Below, piece after piece: positions 48,564 to 57,833 of a DNA stretch of 64,000 bases; the stretch's first letter is position 1, and each line of letters begins with the position of its first letter. This DNA is from Deltaproteobacteria bacterium (GTDB lineage: Bacteria > Myxococcota > Kuafuiibacteriia > Kuafuiibacteriales > Kuafuiibacteriaceae), in NCBI GenBank assembly GCA_040218735.1, contig JAVJQW010000048.1:99441-163440 (forward strand), written 5' to 3'. The notes under the pieces were generated by a model that searched no databases, was not told where the DNA came from, and was given only the letters and a program-made list of their open reading frames with translations. The position numbers were made by a program, and so were the translations under genes.

Positions 48564-49745
48564 CTAGTCCACCTGCGTCATCGCGAGCTCTTCGCTGCTC
48601 GCGGCGCGCTTCTTCTCCATGATCGTCGCGAGGATCACGCCGATCTCGTAGAAGACCACCAGCGGTACGGCCATCATCAGCTGCGAGAGTGGGTCGGCCG
48701 GCGTCAGGAACGCGCCGGCCACGAACGACAGGACGATCGCGTACTTTCGGTACTTCCTCAGGCCCGCCGCCGAGACGATACCCACCGCCGCGAGCATCGC
48801 CAGCGCGAGCGGCAGCTCGAACACCACGCCGAACGCGACCGTGATGCGCAGCAAGAGCCCGAGGTAGTTGTCGACCGTGAACGAGCCGGTCAGCGACGCC
48901 GGCATCATCTGGTTGACCAGGAAGTCGAACATCACCGGGAACATCGCGTAGTACGCGAACAGCCCTCCCCCGATGAACAGGAACGACGCGCTCGCGATGA
49001 CCGGCGCGACCGCCTTCTTCTCGTTCGAGTACAGGCCGGGCGCCACGAAGCGCCACGCCTGGTACAGCCAGATCGGACACGCGAGGAACAGCCCGCACAC
49101 CAGCGCGATCTTCAGGTACGCGAAGAACGGCTCGAGCGGCGAGAGCACCACGAGTTTGTCGCCGGACGTCGCCTTGCCCGCCGCCGCCGCCGCGCGCCGC
49201 ACGACGCGGTTGAGCGCCGCGTTCCGCGGAGGGTCGAGCACCACCAACGCCCCCTCCAGCTGCAGCTCGATCACGATCTCGGACTTCGGATCGTCGACGA
49301 GGTACACGACGTACGGCGTCGGCTCGATGTCCTCCAGGATGTCGGAGACCAGCGCGCCGTCGTCGCCGATCGACTTCGCGTCGACCAGCACCAGCTCCAC
49401 CGGCGCCTTCTTGTCGACCGCGTCCTCCGCGAGCTCACGCACCGGCTCGAGCGACGAGAACGTCCCGAGGAAGCGGACGCGCTCGTGGTCGTCGAGCCGC
49501 TCGGCCAGCGCCGCCCCGCGCTCCGATTTCAGGTCGTGCACGAGCACCGTCTCGACGCGCGCGCGCGACTTCAGGACGTTGGTGAGCGGGGTGATCGAGT
49601 AGTCGAGGATCTCCGGCGCGAAGAACGCCGCGCCGGCGGTGGTGACGACGATGGCGAGCAGCGACTTCGCCAGACGCATGCGCAGCTCGCCGAGGTGTTC
49701 GGTGAGCGAGAGCTTGGTGTCGTCGAGGCCTTCGGAGGTCGCCAT
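48564..49745 (-). CDS. tatC: Twin-arginine translocase TatC with an inserted receiver-like domain
   Basis: LTEHLGELRMRL, SPLEPF, YQAWRFVAPGLYSNEK, FGVVFELP, AFLTPADPLSQ; about 130 extra residues after TM1. Confidence 0.93.
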   Translation of the reverse strand: MATSEGLDDTKLSLTEHLGELRMRLAKSLLAIVVTTAGAAFFAPEILDYSITPLTNVLKSRARVETVLVHDLKSERGAALAERLDDHERVRFLGTFSSLEPVRELAEDAVDKKAPVELVLVDAKSIGDDGALVSDILEDIEPTPYVVYLVDDPKSEIVIELQLEGALVVLDPPRNAALNRVVRRAAAAAGKATSGDKLVVLSPLEPFFAYLKIALVCGLFLACPIWLYQAWRFVAPGLYSNEKKAVAPVIASASFLFIGGGLFAYYAMFPVMFDFLVNQMMPASLTGSFTVDNYLGLLLRITVAFGVVFELPLALAMLAAVGIVSAAGLRKYRKYAIVLSFVAGAFLTPADPLSQLMMAVPLVVFYEIGVILATIMEKKRAASSEELAMTQVD

Positions 49746-49760
49746 CGGGAGCGAGGGGGG

Positions 49761-50054
49761 TTAGCTGCTGCTCTCGACCGCCGCTTCCTTCTTCTGTTCG
49801 ACCGGCTCGCCGTCGGCGGCCTCCGGCGGAAGGAGCTCCGCGACCTCTTCGGATCTGGGCGCCTCGACCTGCTTCGGCGGGTCGGGTTTGTGCATCTCCT
49901 CGTCGACGGTCGTCTTGAAGTCCTCGGTGGCCTTGCGGAACTCACGGATGCCCTTGCCGAGGCTCCGCGCGAGCTCGGGGAGCTTCGTCGGCCCCAGCAC
50001 GATCAGCGCGATGGCCAGGATGATTCCGATTTCCCAGAAGGACAGACCGAACAC
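49761..50054 (-). CDS. tatB: Twin-arginine translocase TatB (TatA/B family)
   Basis: MFGLSFWEIGIILAIALIVLGPTKLPELARSLGK, with GP motif; directly upstream of tatC. Confidence 0.8.
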   Translation of the reverse strand: MFGLSFWEIGIILAIALIVLGPTKLPELARSLGKGIREFRKATEDFKTTVDEEMHKPDPPKQVEAPRSEEVAELLPPEAADGEPVEQKKEAAVESSS

Positions 50055-50113
50055 GGCCGAAACAACATACCAGAGTCGGTTTTTGTTCGCGCGGGCCTTT
50101 GACGCGTGCCGAG

Positions 50114-50134
50114 TTAGTGTGTATTAGACACTAA
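50114..50134. promoter_or_regulatory. NrtR-type operator
   Basis: Perfect 21-bp palindrome TTAGTGT-N7-ACACTAA with the GT-N7-AC core of NrtR sites, 3 nt before the pncB ATG; TTGACG -35-like box at 50099-50104; nrtR is in the same operon. Confidence 0.85.
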
Positions 50135-50137
50135 GAC

Positions 50138-51487
50138 ATGAGCACGAGCCCGAAAGCGCTGATGACCGACCTCTACCAGCTGACTATGGCCGCCGGGTAC
50201 TTCCGGCACGGTCTGCAGGACAAGCGCGTCTCGTTCGAGCTCTTTGTCCGCAAGCTCCCGGAGCATCGACGCTACCTCCTCTTCGCCGGCCTGCAGTCGG
50301 TGATCGAGTACCTGCGGAACGTCCGCTTCTCGGAGTCGCAGATCGCGTACCTCGCCGAGGTCCCGGCGCTGCGCAGCGCGATGTCGTTCGACCTCGTCGA
50401 GTACCTCAGAGACTTCCGCTTCCGCGGCGACGTCTGGGCGATGCCGGAGGGCACCGTGGTCTTCGAGCGCGAGCCGATGATCCGCATCACCGGCACCCTC
50501 CTCGAGACGCAGCTCGTCGAGACGTTCCTCCTCTCCACGATCAACACCGAGACCACCGTCGCCACCAAGGCCTCGCGCATCGTGCGCGCCGCGGGCGGCG
50601 GCACGGTGTTGGAGTTCGGCACCCGCCGCACCTCCCCGGAAGAAGCCGTCGCCTCCGCGCGCGCCGCGTTCCTCGCCGGCTTCTCGGCGACGTCGAACGT
50701 CGAGGCCGGCTACCGCTACGACATCCCCGTCGCCGGCACCGCCGCACACTCCTGGACGATGTCCCACGCGTCGGAGGAGGAGGCGTTTCGGCACTACGTC
50801 GAAGCGTTCCCGAACCAGGCCACCTTGCTCGTCGACACCTACGACACGCTGGAGGGCGTGCGCCGCGCCATCGCGGTCGCGGGTGACAAACTCAAGGGCG
50901 TGCGCCTCGACTCCGGCGACCTCCTCGAGCTGTCGAAGGGCTCGCGCAAGTTGTTGGACGAAGCGGGGCTGAAGGACACCGAGATCATCGCGTCGGGTGA
51001 CCTCAACGAGTTCAAGATCGCCGCGCTCCGCGAAGCGGGCGCACCGATCGACGGCTGGGGCGTCGGCACCGAGCTCGTCCGCTCGCGCGACAACCCCACG
51101 CTCGGCGGCGTCTACAAGATGGTCTACGACCACACCGAGGACCGCCCCGTCGCGAAGTTCTCCGTCGACAAGGAGACGCTCCCCGGCCTGCACCAGGTCT
51201 TCCGCCTCGAGCGCGACGGCCTCGCCGCGCACGACGTGCTCGGGACGCTTCCGGAGTTCCACGTCGACGCGAAGCCGCTGCTCGTGGAGTGGATGAAGGA
51301 CGGCAAGCTCACGCGCGAGCTCCCGTCGCTCGCGGGCCTGCGCAAACACGCGCGCGCGCAGCTCGCCGCGCTGCCCGAGCGGGTGTGTTCGTTCGAGCCG
51401 TGGTCGGCCGAAGAAGCCTACGAAGTCCGCGTCAGCGACGGCCTCACCGCGCTGATCGAAGAAGTTCGCCACCGGGAGATGGACTGA
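50138..51487 (+). CDS. pncB: Nicotinate phosphoribosyltransferase
   Basis: LMTDLYQLTM, LEFGTRR, GTAAHSW, LLVDTYDT, GVRLDSGDL, ASGDLNE, GVGTEL, GGVYK. Confidence 0.96.
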   Translation: MSTSPKALMTDLYQLTMAAGYFRHGLQDKRVSFELFVRKLPEHRRYLLFAGLQSVIEYLRNVRFSESQIAYLAEVPALRSAMSFDLVEYLRDFRFRGDVWAMPEGTVVFEREPMIRITGTLLETQLVETFLLSTINTETTVATKASRIVRAAGGGTVLEFGTRRTSPEEAVASARAAFLAGFSATSNVEAGYRYDIPVAGTAAHSWTMSHASEEEAFRHYVEAFPNQATLLVDTYDTLEGVRRAIAVAGDKLKGVRLDSGDLLELSKGSRKLLDEAGLKDTEIIASGDLNEFKIAALREAGAPIDGWGVGTELVRSRDNPTLGGVYKMVYDHTEDRPVAKFSVDKETLPGLHQVFRLERDGLAAHDVLGTLPEFHVDAKPLLVEWMKDGKLTRELPSLAGLRKHARAQLAALPERVCSFEPWSAEEAYEVRVSDGLTALIEEVRHREMD

Positions 51488-53172
51488 TGCGTGTCGCCAT
51501 CGTGCAGATCAACACCACCGTCGGTGACCTCGACGGCAACGCGAAGAAGCTCCTCGACGGCGTGAACGCCGCGGCCGAGGAGGGCGCGAAGCTCGTCGTC
51601 GCCTCCGAGCTCTGCATCCCGGGCTACCCGCCGCAGGACCTGCTGGAGCGCCCGTCGTTCATCGACGCGTGCGCTCGCACCGAGCAGGCGATCGTCGACG
51701 CGCTCCCCGAAGGCGTGACGGTCGTGTTCGGGAACGTCCGCCGCCGCCCGGTGCCGCCGACGTACGGTCGCGCGCTGCAGAACGTCGCCGTCGTCGCGCG
51801 CCGCGGTGAAGTGCTCCGCCACGTCGTGAAGTCGCTGCTCCCGACCTACGACGTCTTCGACGAAGCGCGCTACTTCGAGCCGCGTCGCGACCCGACGCCG
51901 AACATCGTCGAGATCGACGGCGTCCGCGTCGGCGTCACCGTGTGTGAGGATCTCTGGAACGACGACTCGCTGTGGAAGCAGGTCGACCTGTGGCGCGACA
52001 AGTCGCCCGGTCACCACCGCCTCTACGCCTCCGACCCGGTGAAGGAGCTCGCGGACGCCGGGATGGAGCTGCTCGTGAACGTCTCGGCGTCGCCGTGGGC
52101 GCAGGGCAAGATCGACGTCCGCACGAAGGTCATCAACAACGCCGCCACGCGTTACGGCGTCCCGGTCGTCTACGCGAACCACCTCGGGGCGAACGACGGC
52201 CTGATCTTCGACGGCACCTCGTTCGTCTACGCCGCCGACGGCGAGTGCATCACCCGCCTCCCGTGTTTCGAGGAGGCGGTGCGCGTCGTCGACACCGACG
52301 ACACCGCCCGCGCCGCGCCGCTCCCCGCCGCGACGATCGGCCGCGTGCACGACGCCCTCGTGCTGGGCGTGCGCGACTATTTTCGAAAGACCGGCCTCAC
52401 CCGCGCGGTGATCGGGCTCTCCGGCGGCATCGACTCCGCCGTCACCGCGTACGTCGCGACGCAGGCGCTCGGGAAGGAGAACGTCATCGGCGTCGCGATG
52501 CCTTCGCGTTACTCGTCGGAGCACTCCGTCGCCGATGCAAAGGCGCTCGCCGAGAACCTCGGCGTGCGGTTCGAGCTCATCGGCATCGAGGGTGTCTTCT
52601 CCGCGTACCTCGAGGCGCTCGCGCCGGTCTTCAGCGACCACCCGCAGGACGTCACCGAGGAGAACCTCCAGGCGCGCACGCGCGGCGGCATCCTGATGGC
52701 CTTCGCGAACAAGTTCCGCGCGGTCGTGCTCTCCACCGGCAACAAGAGCGAGGCCGCGGTCGGTTACTGCACGCTGTACGGCGACACGATCGGCGCGCTG
52801 TGTGTGATCGCCGATCTCTACAAACACCAGGTCTACGATCTCGCGCGCTACGCGAACCGCGACGGCGTCGTGATCCCCACCAGCACGATCGACAAACCGC
52901 CGTCCGCCGAGCTGCGCCCGGATCAGAAGGACGAGGACAGCCTCCCGCCCTACGACAAACTCGACCGGATGCTCGAGCTGTTCCTCGAGCACCGCTACAC
53001 GGCCGCGCAGATCGCCGAGGACGTCGGCGTCTCGCCGGCGCTCGCCACGGAGATCATCACGAAGGTCTACAGGAACGAGTTCAAGCGGAAGCAGCTCCCG
53101 CCGACGCTGCGTGTGTCGCGCAAGGCGTGGGTCGGTCGCGAGTATCCGATCGTCCAGAGGTTCTCCGAGTAG
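51487..53172 (+). CDS. nadE: Glutamine-dependent NAD+ synthase
   Basis: Nitrilase-like domain (EL..PGYPPQD, K.LLPTYDVFDE, VCEDLW) plus GLSGGIDS, ENLQAR, STGNKSE, KPPSAELRPDQKD. Confidence 0.96.
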   Translation: MRVAIVQINTTVGDLDGNAKKLLDGVNAAAEEGAKLVVASELCIPGYPPQDLLERPSFIDACARTEQAIVDALPEGVTVVFGNVRRRPVPPTYGRALQNVAVVARRGEVLRHVVKSLLPTYDVFDEARYFEPRRDPTPNIVEIDGVRVGVTVCEDLWNDDSLWKQVDLWRDKSPGHHRLYASDPVKELADAGMELLVNVSASPWAQGKIDVRTKVINNAATRYGVPVVYANHLGANDGLIFDGTSFVYAADGECITRLPCFEEAVRVVDTDDTARAAPLPAATIGRVHDALVLGVRDYFRKTGLTRAVIGLSGGIDSAVTAYVATQALGKENVIGVAMPSRYSSEHSVADAKALAENLGVRFELIGIEGVFSAYLEALAPVFSDHPQDVTEENLQARTRGGILMAFANKFRAVVLSTGNKSEAAVGYCTLYGDTIGALCVIADLYKHQVYDLARYANRDGVVIPTSTIDKPPSAELRPDQKDEDSLPPYDKLDRMLELFLEHRYTAAQIAEDVGVSPALATEIITKVYRNEFKRKQLPPTLRVSRKAWVGREYPIVQRFSE

Positions 53173-53858
53173 TGGCTGCGCACGCCCTCGGCGTGGCGGT
53201 CGACGTCGTCATCTTCACCGTCATCGACGGCACCCTGCGCGTCCTCCTCACGAAGCGCCCCGCGTCGCACGCGACGTACCCGGACTCGTGGTCGCTCCCC
53301 GGTGGGTTCGTCGCCGCGCGCGAGAGCGCCGAGGCGGCGGCGGAGCGCGAGCTCGCCGCGAAGGCCGGCGTCGAAGGTGTGTACCTCGAGCAGCTCTACA
53401 CGTTCAGCGATCCCGACCGCGACCCGCGAAACCGCGTGGTGTCCATCGCCTACTACGCGCTCGTCTCGCCCGACCGCCTCACCTCCGAGCGCGGCTCCCA
53501 CGAGCCGGACTGGTTCGACGTCGGCGACACCCCCAAGCTCGCGTTCGACCACGACACGATCCTCCGCGTCGCCGTCGAGCGCATCCGCGGCAAGCTCGAC
53601 TACACCCCGATCTGCTTTCAGCTCCTCCCGGCGCGCTTCACCCTCACGGAGCTGCAGAAGGTCTACGAAGCCGTCCTCGACGAGCCGCTCGACAAACGGA
53701 ACTTCCGCAGCCGCGTCCTGAAGTCCGGCCTCGTCGCCGAGACCGACGCCTTCCGCACCGGCAACCACCGGCCGGCGAAGCTCTACGAGTTCGTGCGGCG
53801 CGAAGGCGACCAGGCCCCCTACGGCCCCTCGCCGGGTGTGTTCAGCCGCGCCGGCTGA
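53172..53858 (+). CDS. nrtR: NrtR Nudix-related transcriptional regulator
   Basis: AVDVVIFT, WSLPGGFV, YLEQLYTFSDPDRDPR, LAFDH, FTLTELQKVYEAVL, DKRNFR, RPAKLY; GTG overlaps the nadE stop. Confidence 0.92.
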   Translation: MAAHALGVAVDVVIFTVIDGTLRVLLTKRPASHATYPDSWSLPGGFVAARESAEAAAERELAAKAGVEGVYLEQLYTFSDPDRDPRNRVVSIAYYALVSPDRLTSERGSHEPDWFDVGDTPKLAFDHDTILRVAVERIRGKLDYTPICFQLLPARFTLTELQKVYEAVLDEPLDKRNFRSRVLKSGLVAETDAFRTGNHRPAKLYEFVRREGDQAPYGPSPGVFSRAG

Positions 53859-53876
53859 AAAAACGACACGGGCGAT

Positions 53877-53902
53877 GGAACCTTTCCGCCCACACTCACG
53901 TA
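53877..53902 (+). promoter_or_regulatory. Putative ECF sigma-factor promoter
   Basis: GGAACC-N16-CGTA, 9 nt upstream of ATG 53912. Confidence 0.55.
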
Positions 53903-53911
53903 CTCCTCCCG

Positions 53912-54331
53912 ATGTCGTGTGAAGCCGAGCTGGCTGCGCTCCTGTTGCGCCGCGATCCGGACGGCCAGCTCCTCTACGCCGAGCGCGACGTCGTCGCGTG
54001 CTTCGCGATGCTCGCCAAGGCGAACCCCGACTCGCGGGGTCCCGCCGCCCAACGCTACCTCGACCGCCTCGCGCTCTACGCGAACATCAAGGCCGAAGAC
54101 CCGAACGACGTCCGCGTCGCGAAGCTGTCCGCGTACTTCGAGGCCTACCCGATCCCCGACGCCCTGGTGCGCGCCGTCGAACGCGCGCTCGGCGACGCCG
54201 TCCAGCTCAGGGCGCCGGTCGACTGTGGTCGGTTCCTCGGCGTCGACACCCCCAAGACCTGCGTGAGCGGCCCGCGCGCCGGCGCGCTGCACTTCCTGCT
54301 CGACGAGCGGACCAAGAGGAGCCCCCGATGA
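53912..54331 (+). CDS. Hypothetical protein (139 aa)
   Basis: C-terminal part of ORF 53111-54331 from ATG 53912; GC3-biased codons; no family recognised. Confidence 0.7.
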   Translation: MSCEAELAALLLRRDPDGQLLYAERDVVACFAMLAKANPDSRGPAAQRYLDRLALYANIKAEDPNDVRVAKLSAYFEAYPIPDALVRAVERALGDAVQLRAPVDCGRFLGVDTPKTCVSGPRAGALHFLLDERTKRSPR

Positions 54332-54747
54332 AACTCGAACAACCCTTTGTCGACGCCCTCGCCCAGAGCATTCGATCGCCCGGGCGCGCGGTCGAGATCT
54401 CGCCGGAGCTGTACGCCGAGTTCGTCCGATCGATCGCGGCGTCCGACGTCGACGTCGACGCCCTGGCGAGGGAGGTGGAGGCCCAGCGCTGGCCCGCCCG
54501 CACGTTGAGCTTCGACCTGAAGACGACCGACGACGTTCACGTGGGCTTCGGTCACGACCTCGACGACCTCGTCGACGCCGTGAAGGCCGAAGGCAAGGTC
54601 AAGATCGACGTCACTGAGTCACCGGCCGATGCGCGCGGGCAACACGCCATCGTGTTGGAGCTTCGCGGCGCCGTGAGCGACGTCAAAGCGGTGGAGGGCC
54701 GAATCGCCGATCTCGCTCGCGGCGTCGCGCGCTTCCAGGCGTCGTAG
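54328..54747 (+). CDS. Hypothetical protein (139 aa)
   Basis: AGAGGAG RBS; ATGA overlap with the previous gene; no family recognised. Confidence 0.75.
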   Translation: MKLEQPFVDALAQSIRSPGRAVEISPELYAEFVRSIAASDVDVDALAREVEAQRWPARTLSFDLKTTDDVHVGFGHDLDDLVDAVKAEGKVKIDVTESPADARGQHAIVLELRGAVSDVKAVEGRIADLARGVARFQAS

Positions 54748-54750
54748 CGC

Positions 54751-56877
54751 TCAACGACTCGCGTCGTCGACGTTCACGCCGTTTCGCTCGAAGCGAACGC
54801 GATCGAGGATCTTGTACGGGTCGAACGGGATCTCGCTCCTCAGGCCCACATCGCTGTCCGCGATGCGCGTGTGGCTGAGCGTCAGCTGGGGCGCGGCGAC
54901 TCCGATCGCGATCCCGTTCTCGTGCCGGACGTCGAGGTCGCGCGCCGTCATCGTCCATCCGCCGGCGAGCAAAACTGCTGGGTTCTTGCACGCCCCTGCG
55001 ACCGAGGTCCTGCGATCGACGCGCACCCGCAGGAGGTCCGTGGACTGCTGTTCGACGTCGTCGAGCACCCCCTGAATCGTGATCCCCGGTGCCGAGGTCG
55101 CGACGATCGAGACATCCTCGCCGACGAACCGGCCGTTCCTCGATCGGAGGCTCGACTTCTCCTGGCCACCGCACACCTCGGTCGTTGCACCGGTGAGCTC
55201 TGCGCGCCGCAGCTCCAGCTCGCCGGTGTTGACCTCCACGCCGTCGTCCTCGTGGTCGACGACGACGAGGTCCTCGACGACGGCCACAGATCGGACCGAC
55301 TGCACCACCGTACGCTCCGGGCGGAGCACCGCCATGCGCCTCACGTCCGCGCGCGCGTCGTCCATGGCGAGCACGACCGACTGCGTCGCGATCCCCCCTT
55401 CGAGCGCTGGGCCGGAGTCACGGACGACGACGTCTTCGACGTCGAGCTCACCGCCCTCCACCGCGACGAAGTCGCCGTTCACGCTGCGTTCGATCCACGC
55501 GCCCCGCACGACGAGCACGCCGCCTTCGCCCGCCGAGAGGGCCGCGGAGCGTTGGTGGTCGGCGACCCAGACGTCGCGCGCCGTGACCGTCGCCTGGAAC
55601 GCGCGCAGGCCGTAGTCACCCACTTCGATCAACGCGAGGTTCGACACCTCCGCGTCGCGGGACTGCCCGATCTGGACACCTCGCCCCGCTCGTCCGTGGA
55701 CGACGACGTTGGTGACGCGCGCCTTGTCGGCACGCGACTGAATCCCGACGCCCTCGCCCGGCCCGATGTAGAGGTCGCGCGCGTCGAGGTTTGCGCCGAC
55801 CTCGACCACCGCGGCGCTTCGGTTCGTGAACGCGTGGAAGCGCTCGAGGTGCAGCGTCCCGCCATCGACGAACACCGACCGGCCCGTCGTCCCCGGCGCG
55901 TCGGCCTCGATGCGCACGTCTCGGAGGGTGAGGTCGTCGTGGGCTTCGATCGTGCCGCTCAGACCCACCGCTTCGATCGTCGAGGTCGACGTGAGTCGGA
56001 GGTCGCCCGAGATCACCGCTTCGGCGCACGCGCCGACGATCCGAAGGGGCGCAGAGATCGCGGCGGCACCGAAGTCGTGGACCCCCGTGTCGAGGGCGAC
56101 GGTGCCGACGAAGCCGTTGCGTAGGCGTTCGTCGACCGACGAAAAGTCCACGTACGGTTCGGCGCGTGTCCCGTTGGCCGGCGCCGCCGAAGCGCGCGCG
56201 GTCAGGTAGATGACGTCGCCGTTCAACGGCGCGCTCGGCCAGCCGTCCGCGGGGCAGGGCGGGCCGACCACCGAGCACACCTCTTCGCCGGGGTAGCGTC
56301 CGGTGCCCGTCGGGCACGGCGCCGGGACGGCGGCGAATGGACGGCAGAACGTGAACCCCGCGTCGAGCTCCGTGGTCCATCCTTCGGGGCAGCGATCCCG
56401 CGGTCGCATCGGAGCGACGGGGGCCTCGGGTCCGTCGGACGTGCACGCTCGGCAGTAGCGGTCTTCGAGGCACAGCCCATCGTCGAGGCATCGATTCGCG
56501 TCGAACGCCGGGACCCTGAGGTTGTTCTCCCACTGCGGCGGATCGCTTCGCCAGGCGCCGGGCGAGTCGAGGTCGATCGTGAGCGCGCCGACCGGGGTCA
56601 CGGCCTCCCCTTCGAAGCCGATCGCACCGGGCAACAGACCGCGCGTTTCGAGGCTGTCGCGGAGGAAGAAGACCTCGGCCCGCCGAGCGCCGGGGACGTC
56701 GATCGGGCCGAACGTCGTCGGGGCGTTCGGGTCCGTGGCGAACGCGTGGGTCGCCCGTTCGTCGTCGCCGACGAGCAGGATTTCACTTCGAGCGTCGTCG
56801 GGAGCGGGCGCACGAGGGAGGTCGACCCGTCCGCACGCGATGCACAGGACGAGGGCTGCCGCGGCCGTGACGCGCAC
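54751..56877 (-). CDS. Lipoprotein with Cys-rich segment and right-handed beta-helix
   Basis: Lipobox CIAC, Cys/Pro-rich CPEGW...CPADGWP, NGTRAEPY motif, then repeated beta-helix-like coils. Confidence 0.75.
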   Translation of the reverse strand: MRVTAAAALVLCIACGRVDLPRAPAPDDARSEILLVGDDERATHAFATDPNAPTTFGPIDVPGARRAEVFFLRDSLETRGLLPGAIGFEGEAVTPVGALTIDLDSPGAWRSDPPQWENNLRVPAFDANRCLDDGLCLEDRYCRACTSDGPEAPVAPMRPRDRCPEGWTTELDAGFTFCRPFAAVPAPCPTGTGRYPGEEVCSVVGPPCPADGWPSAPLNGDVIYLTARASAAPANGTRAEPYVDFSSVDERLRNGFVGTVALDTGVHDFGAAAISAPLRIVGACAEAVISGDLRLTSTSTIEAVGLSGTIEAHDDLTLRDVRIEADAPGTTGRSVFVDGGTLHLERFHAFTNRSAAVVEVGANLDARDLYIGPGEGVGIQSRADKARVTNVVVHGRAGRGVQIGQSRDAEVSNLALIEVGDYGLRAFQATVTARDVWVADHQRSAALSAGEGGVLVVRGAWIERSVNGDFVAVEGGELDVEDVVVRDSGPALEGGIATQSVVLAMDDARADVRRMAVLRPERTVVQSVRSVAVVEDLVVVDHEDDGVEVNTGELELRRAELTGATTEVCGGQEKSSLRSRNGRFVGEDVSIVATSAPGITIQGVLDDVEQQSTDLLRVRVDRRTSVAGACKNPAVLLAGGWTMTARDLDVRHENGIAIGVAAPQLTLSHTRIADSDVGLRSEIPFDPYKILDRVRFERNGVNVDDASR

Positions 56878-56912
56878 GCCCGACTCTAACGCGGTTCCGG
56901 GGCGTCGGACGA

Positions 56913-57716
56913 TCAGCTCTGGGGATCCGCGTCGTCAGCCGGAGCCTCGGCCGGCGTCTCCTCGAGCGGCGGCGGTCCATCGACGAGCTTGGCCAGCGCG
57001 GCGATCTGGACCTGGAGGGTGGCGATGCGCGCGCGGAGCATCTCCGAGTGTTCGACGATCGCGAGCGGCTTCTTCGCTTCGGTGCGGTACGTCTCGCGGC
57101 TCTCGTCGGGGTGTTTCTCCGCCTGCGCGTCGATGGCGCGCAGCGTCGCGGAGACGTCCTCGACACGGTCGGTCAATCGCTCGTCGAGGTGATCGAACAG
57201 CACGGTGAGCGCCTTCTTGAACTCCTCGCCTTTGCGCTCTTCGATGCGGAGCATCTTCTTCGCCTGATCCGTCAGCTCGGCGACGCTGCGCGTCGCGGCT
57301 TCGCGGATCTGTGTCGCGCTGTGTCGTAGCTCCTCGACGCTCTTCTCGACGCTCTTCTGCGCCTGCTCGACCGGCGACTTCACCGATCGATCGAACAGGT
57401 CCTGCAGGGTCGTGCCGCCGGTCTGGATGAGGTTGCGCAGCATGCCGAGGGGCATCCGGCTCTCGCGCTTCTCTTCCTCGTAGATGATCTGCGTGAGCGT
57501 CACCGACGTGAGATCTTCCTTGGTCTCGTTGTCGATGATCGTGACCTCTTCGCCCGCTTTGATCATCTTCGCGATCTCGTCGAGCGTGACGTACTTGCTG
57601 CGATCGGTGTCGTAGAGCTTTCGGTTCGAGTAGCGCTTGATCACCTTCGCGGTCGGTGTGGCTGCTTCCTCGGGTCCGCCGTTCTGCGGCGCGTCATCTC
57701 GGCTTGCCGTGCTCAT
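56913..57716 (-). CDS. PhaR-type (PHA synthesis regulator) DNA-binding domain protein
   Basis: VIKRYSNRKLYDTDRSKYVTL...IDNETKEDLTSVTLTQII plus coiled-coil tail. Confidence 0.88.
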   Translation of the reverse strand: MSTASRDDAPQNGGPEEAATPTAKVIKRYSNRKLYDTDRSKYVTLDEIAKMIKAGEEVTIIDNETKEDLTSVTLTQIIYEEEKRESRMPLGMLRNLIQTGGTTLQDLFDRSVKSPVEQAQKSVEKSVEELRHSATQIREAATRSVAELTDQAKKMLRIEERKGEEFKKALTVLFDHLDERLTDRVEDVSATLRAIDAQAEKHPDESRETYRTEAKKPLAIVEHSEMLRARIATLQVQIAALAKLVDGPPPLEETPAEAPADDADPQS

Positions 57717-57782
57717 CGGGTCCGTCCTTAGCACACCCTGAGGCCCCATGGCGCCCCGCGTCGAGGCCCTCCGGCCCGAATG

Positions 57783-57811
57783 TTGCGGGTGGGGCAGACC
57801 GGCCCTAGACT
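57783..57811 (+). promoter_or_regulatory. Putative sigma70-type promoter
   Basis: TTGCGG-N17-TAGACT, 22 nt upstream of ATG 57834. Confidence 0.5.
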
Positions 57812-57833
57812 CGCCGAGCCCACCGGGCGCGTC

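Noticed and set aside
50138-53858. NAD genes as a phage-defence or NAD-reconstitution system
   Set aside because: Ordinary pncB-nadE-nrtR salvage operon with no defence or phage genes nearby.
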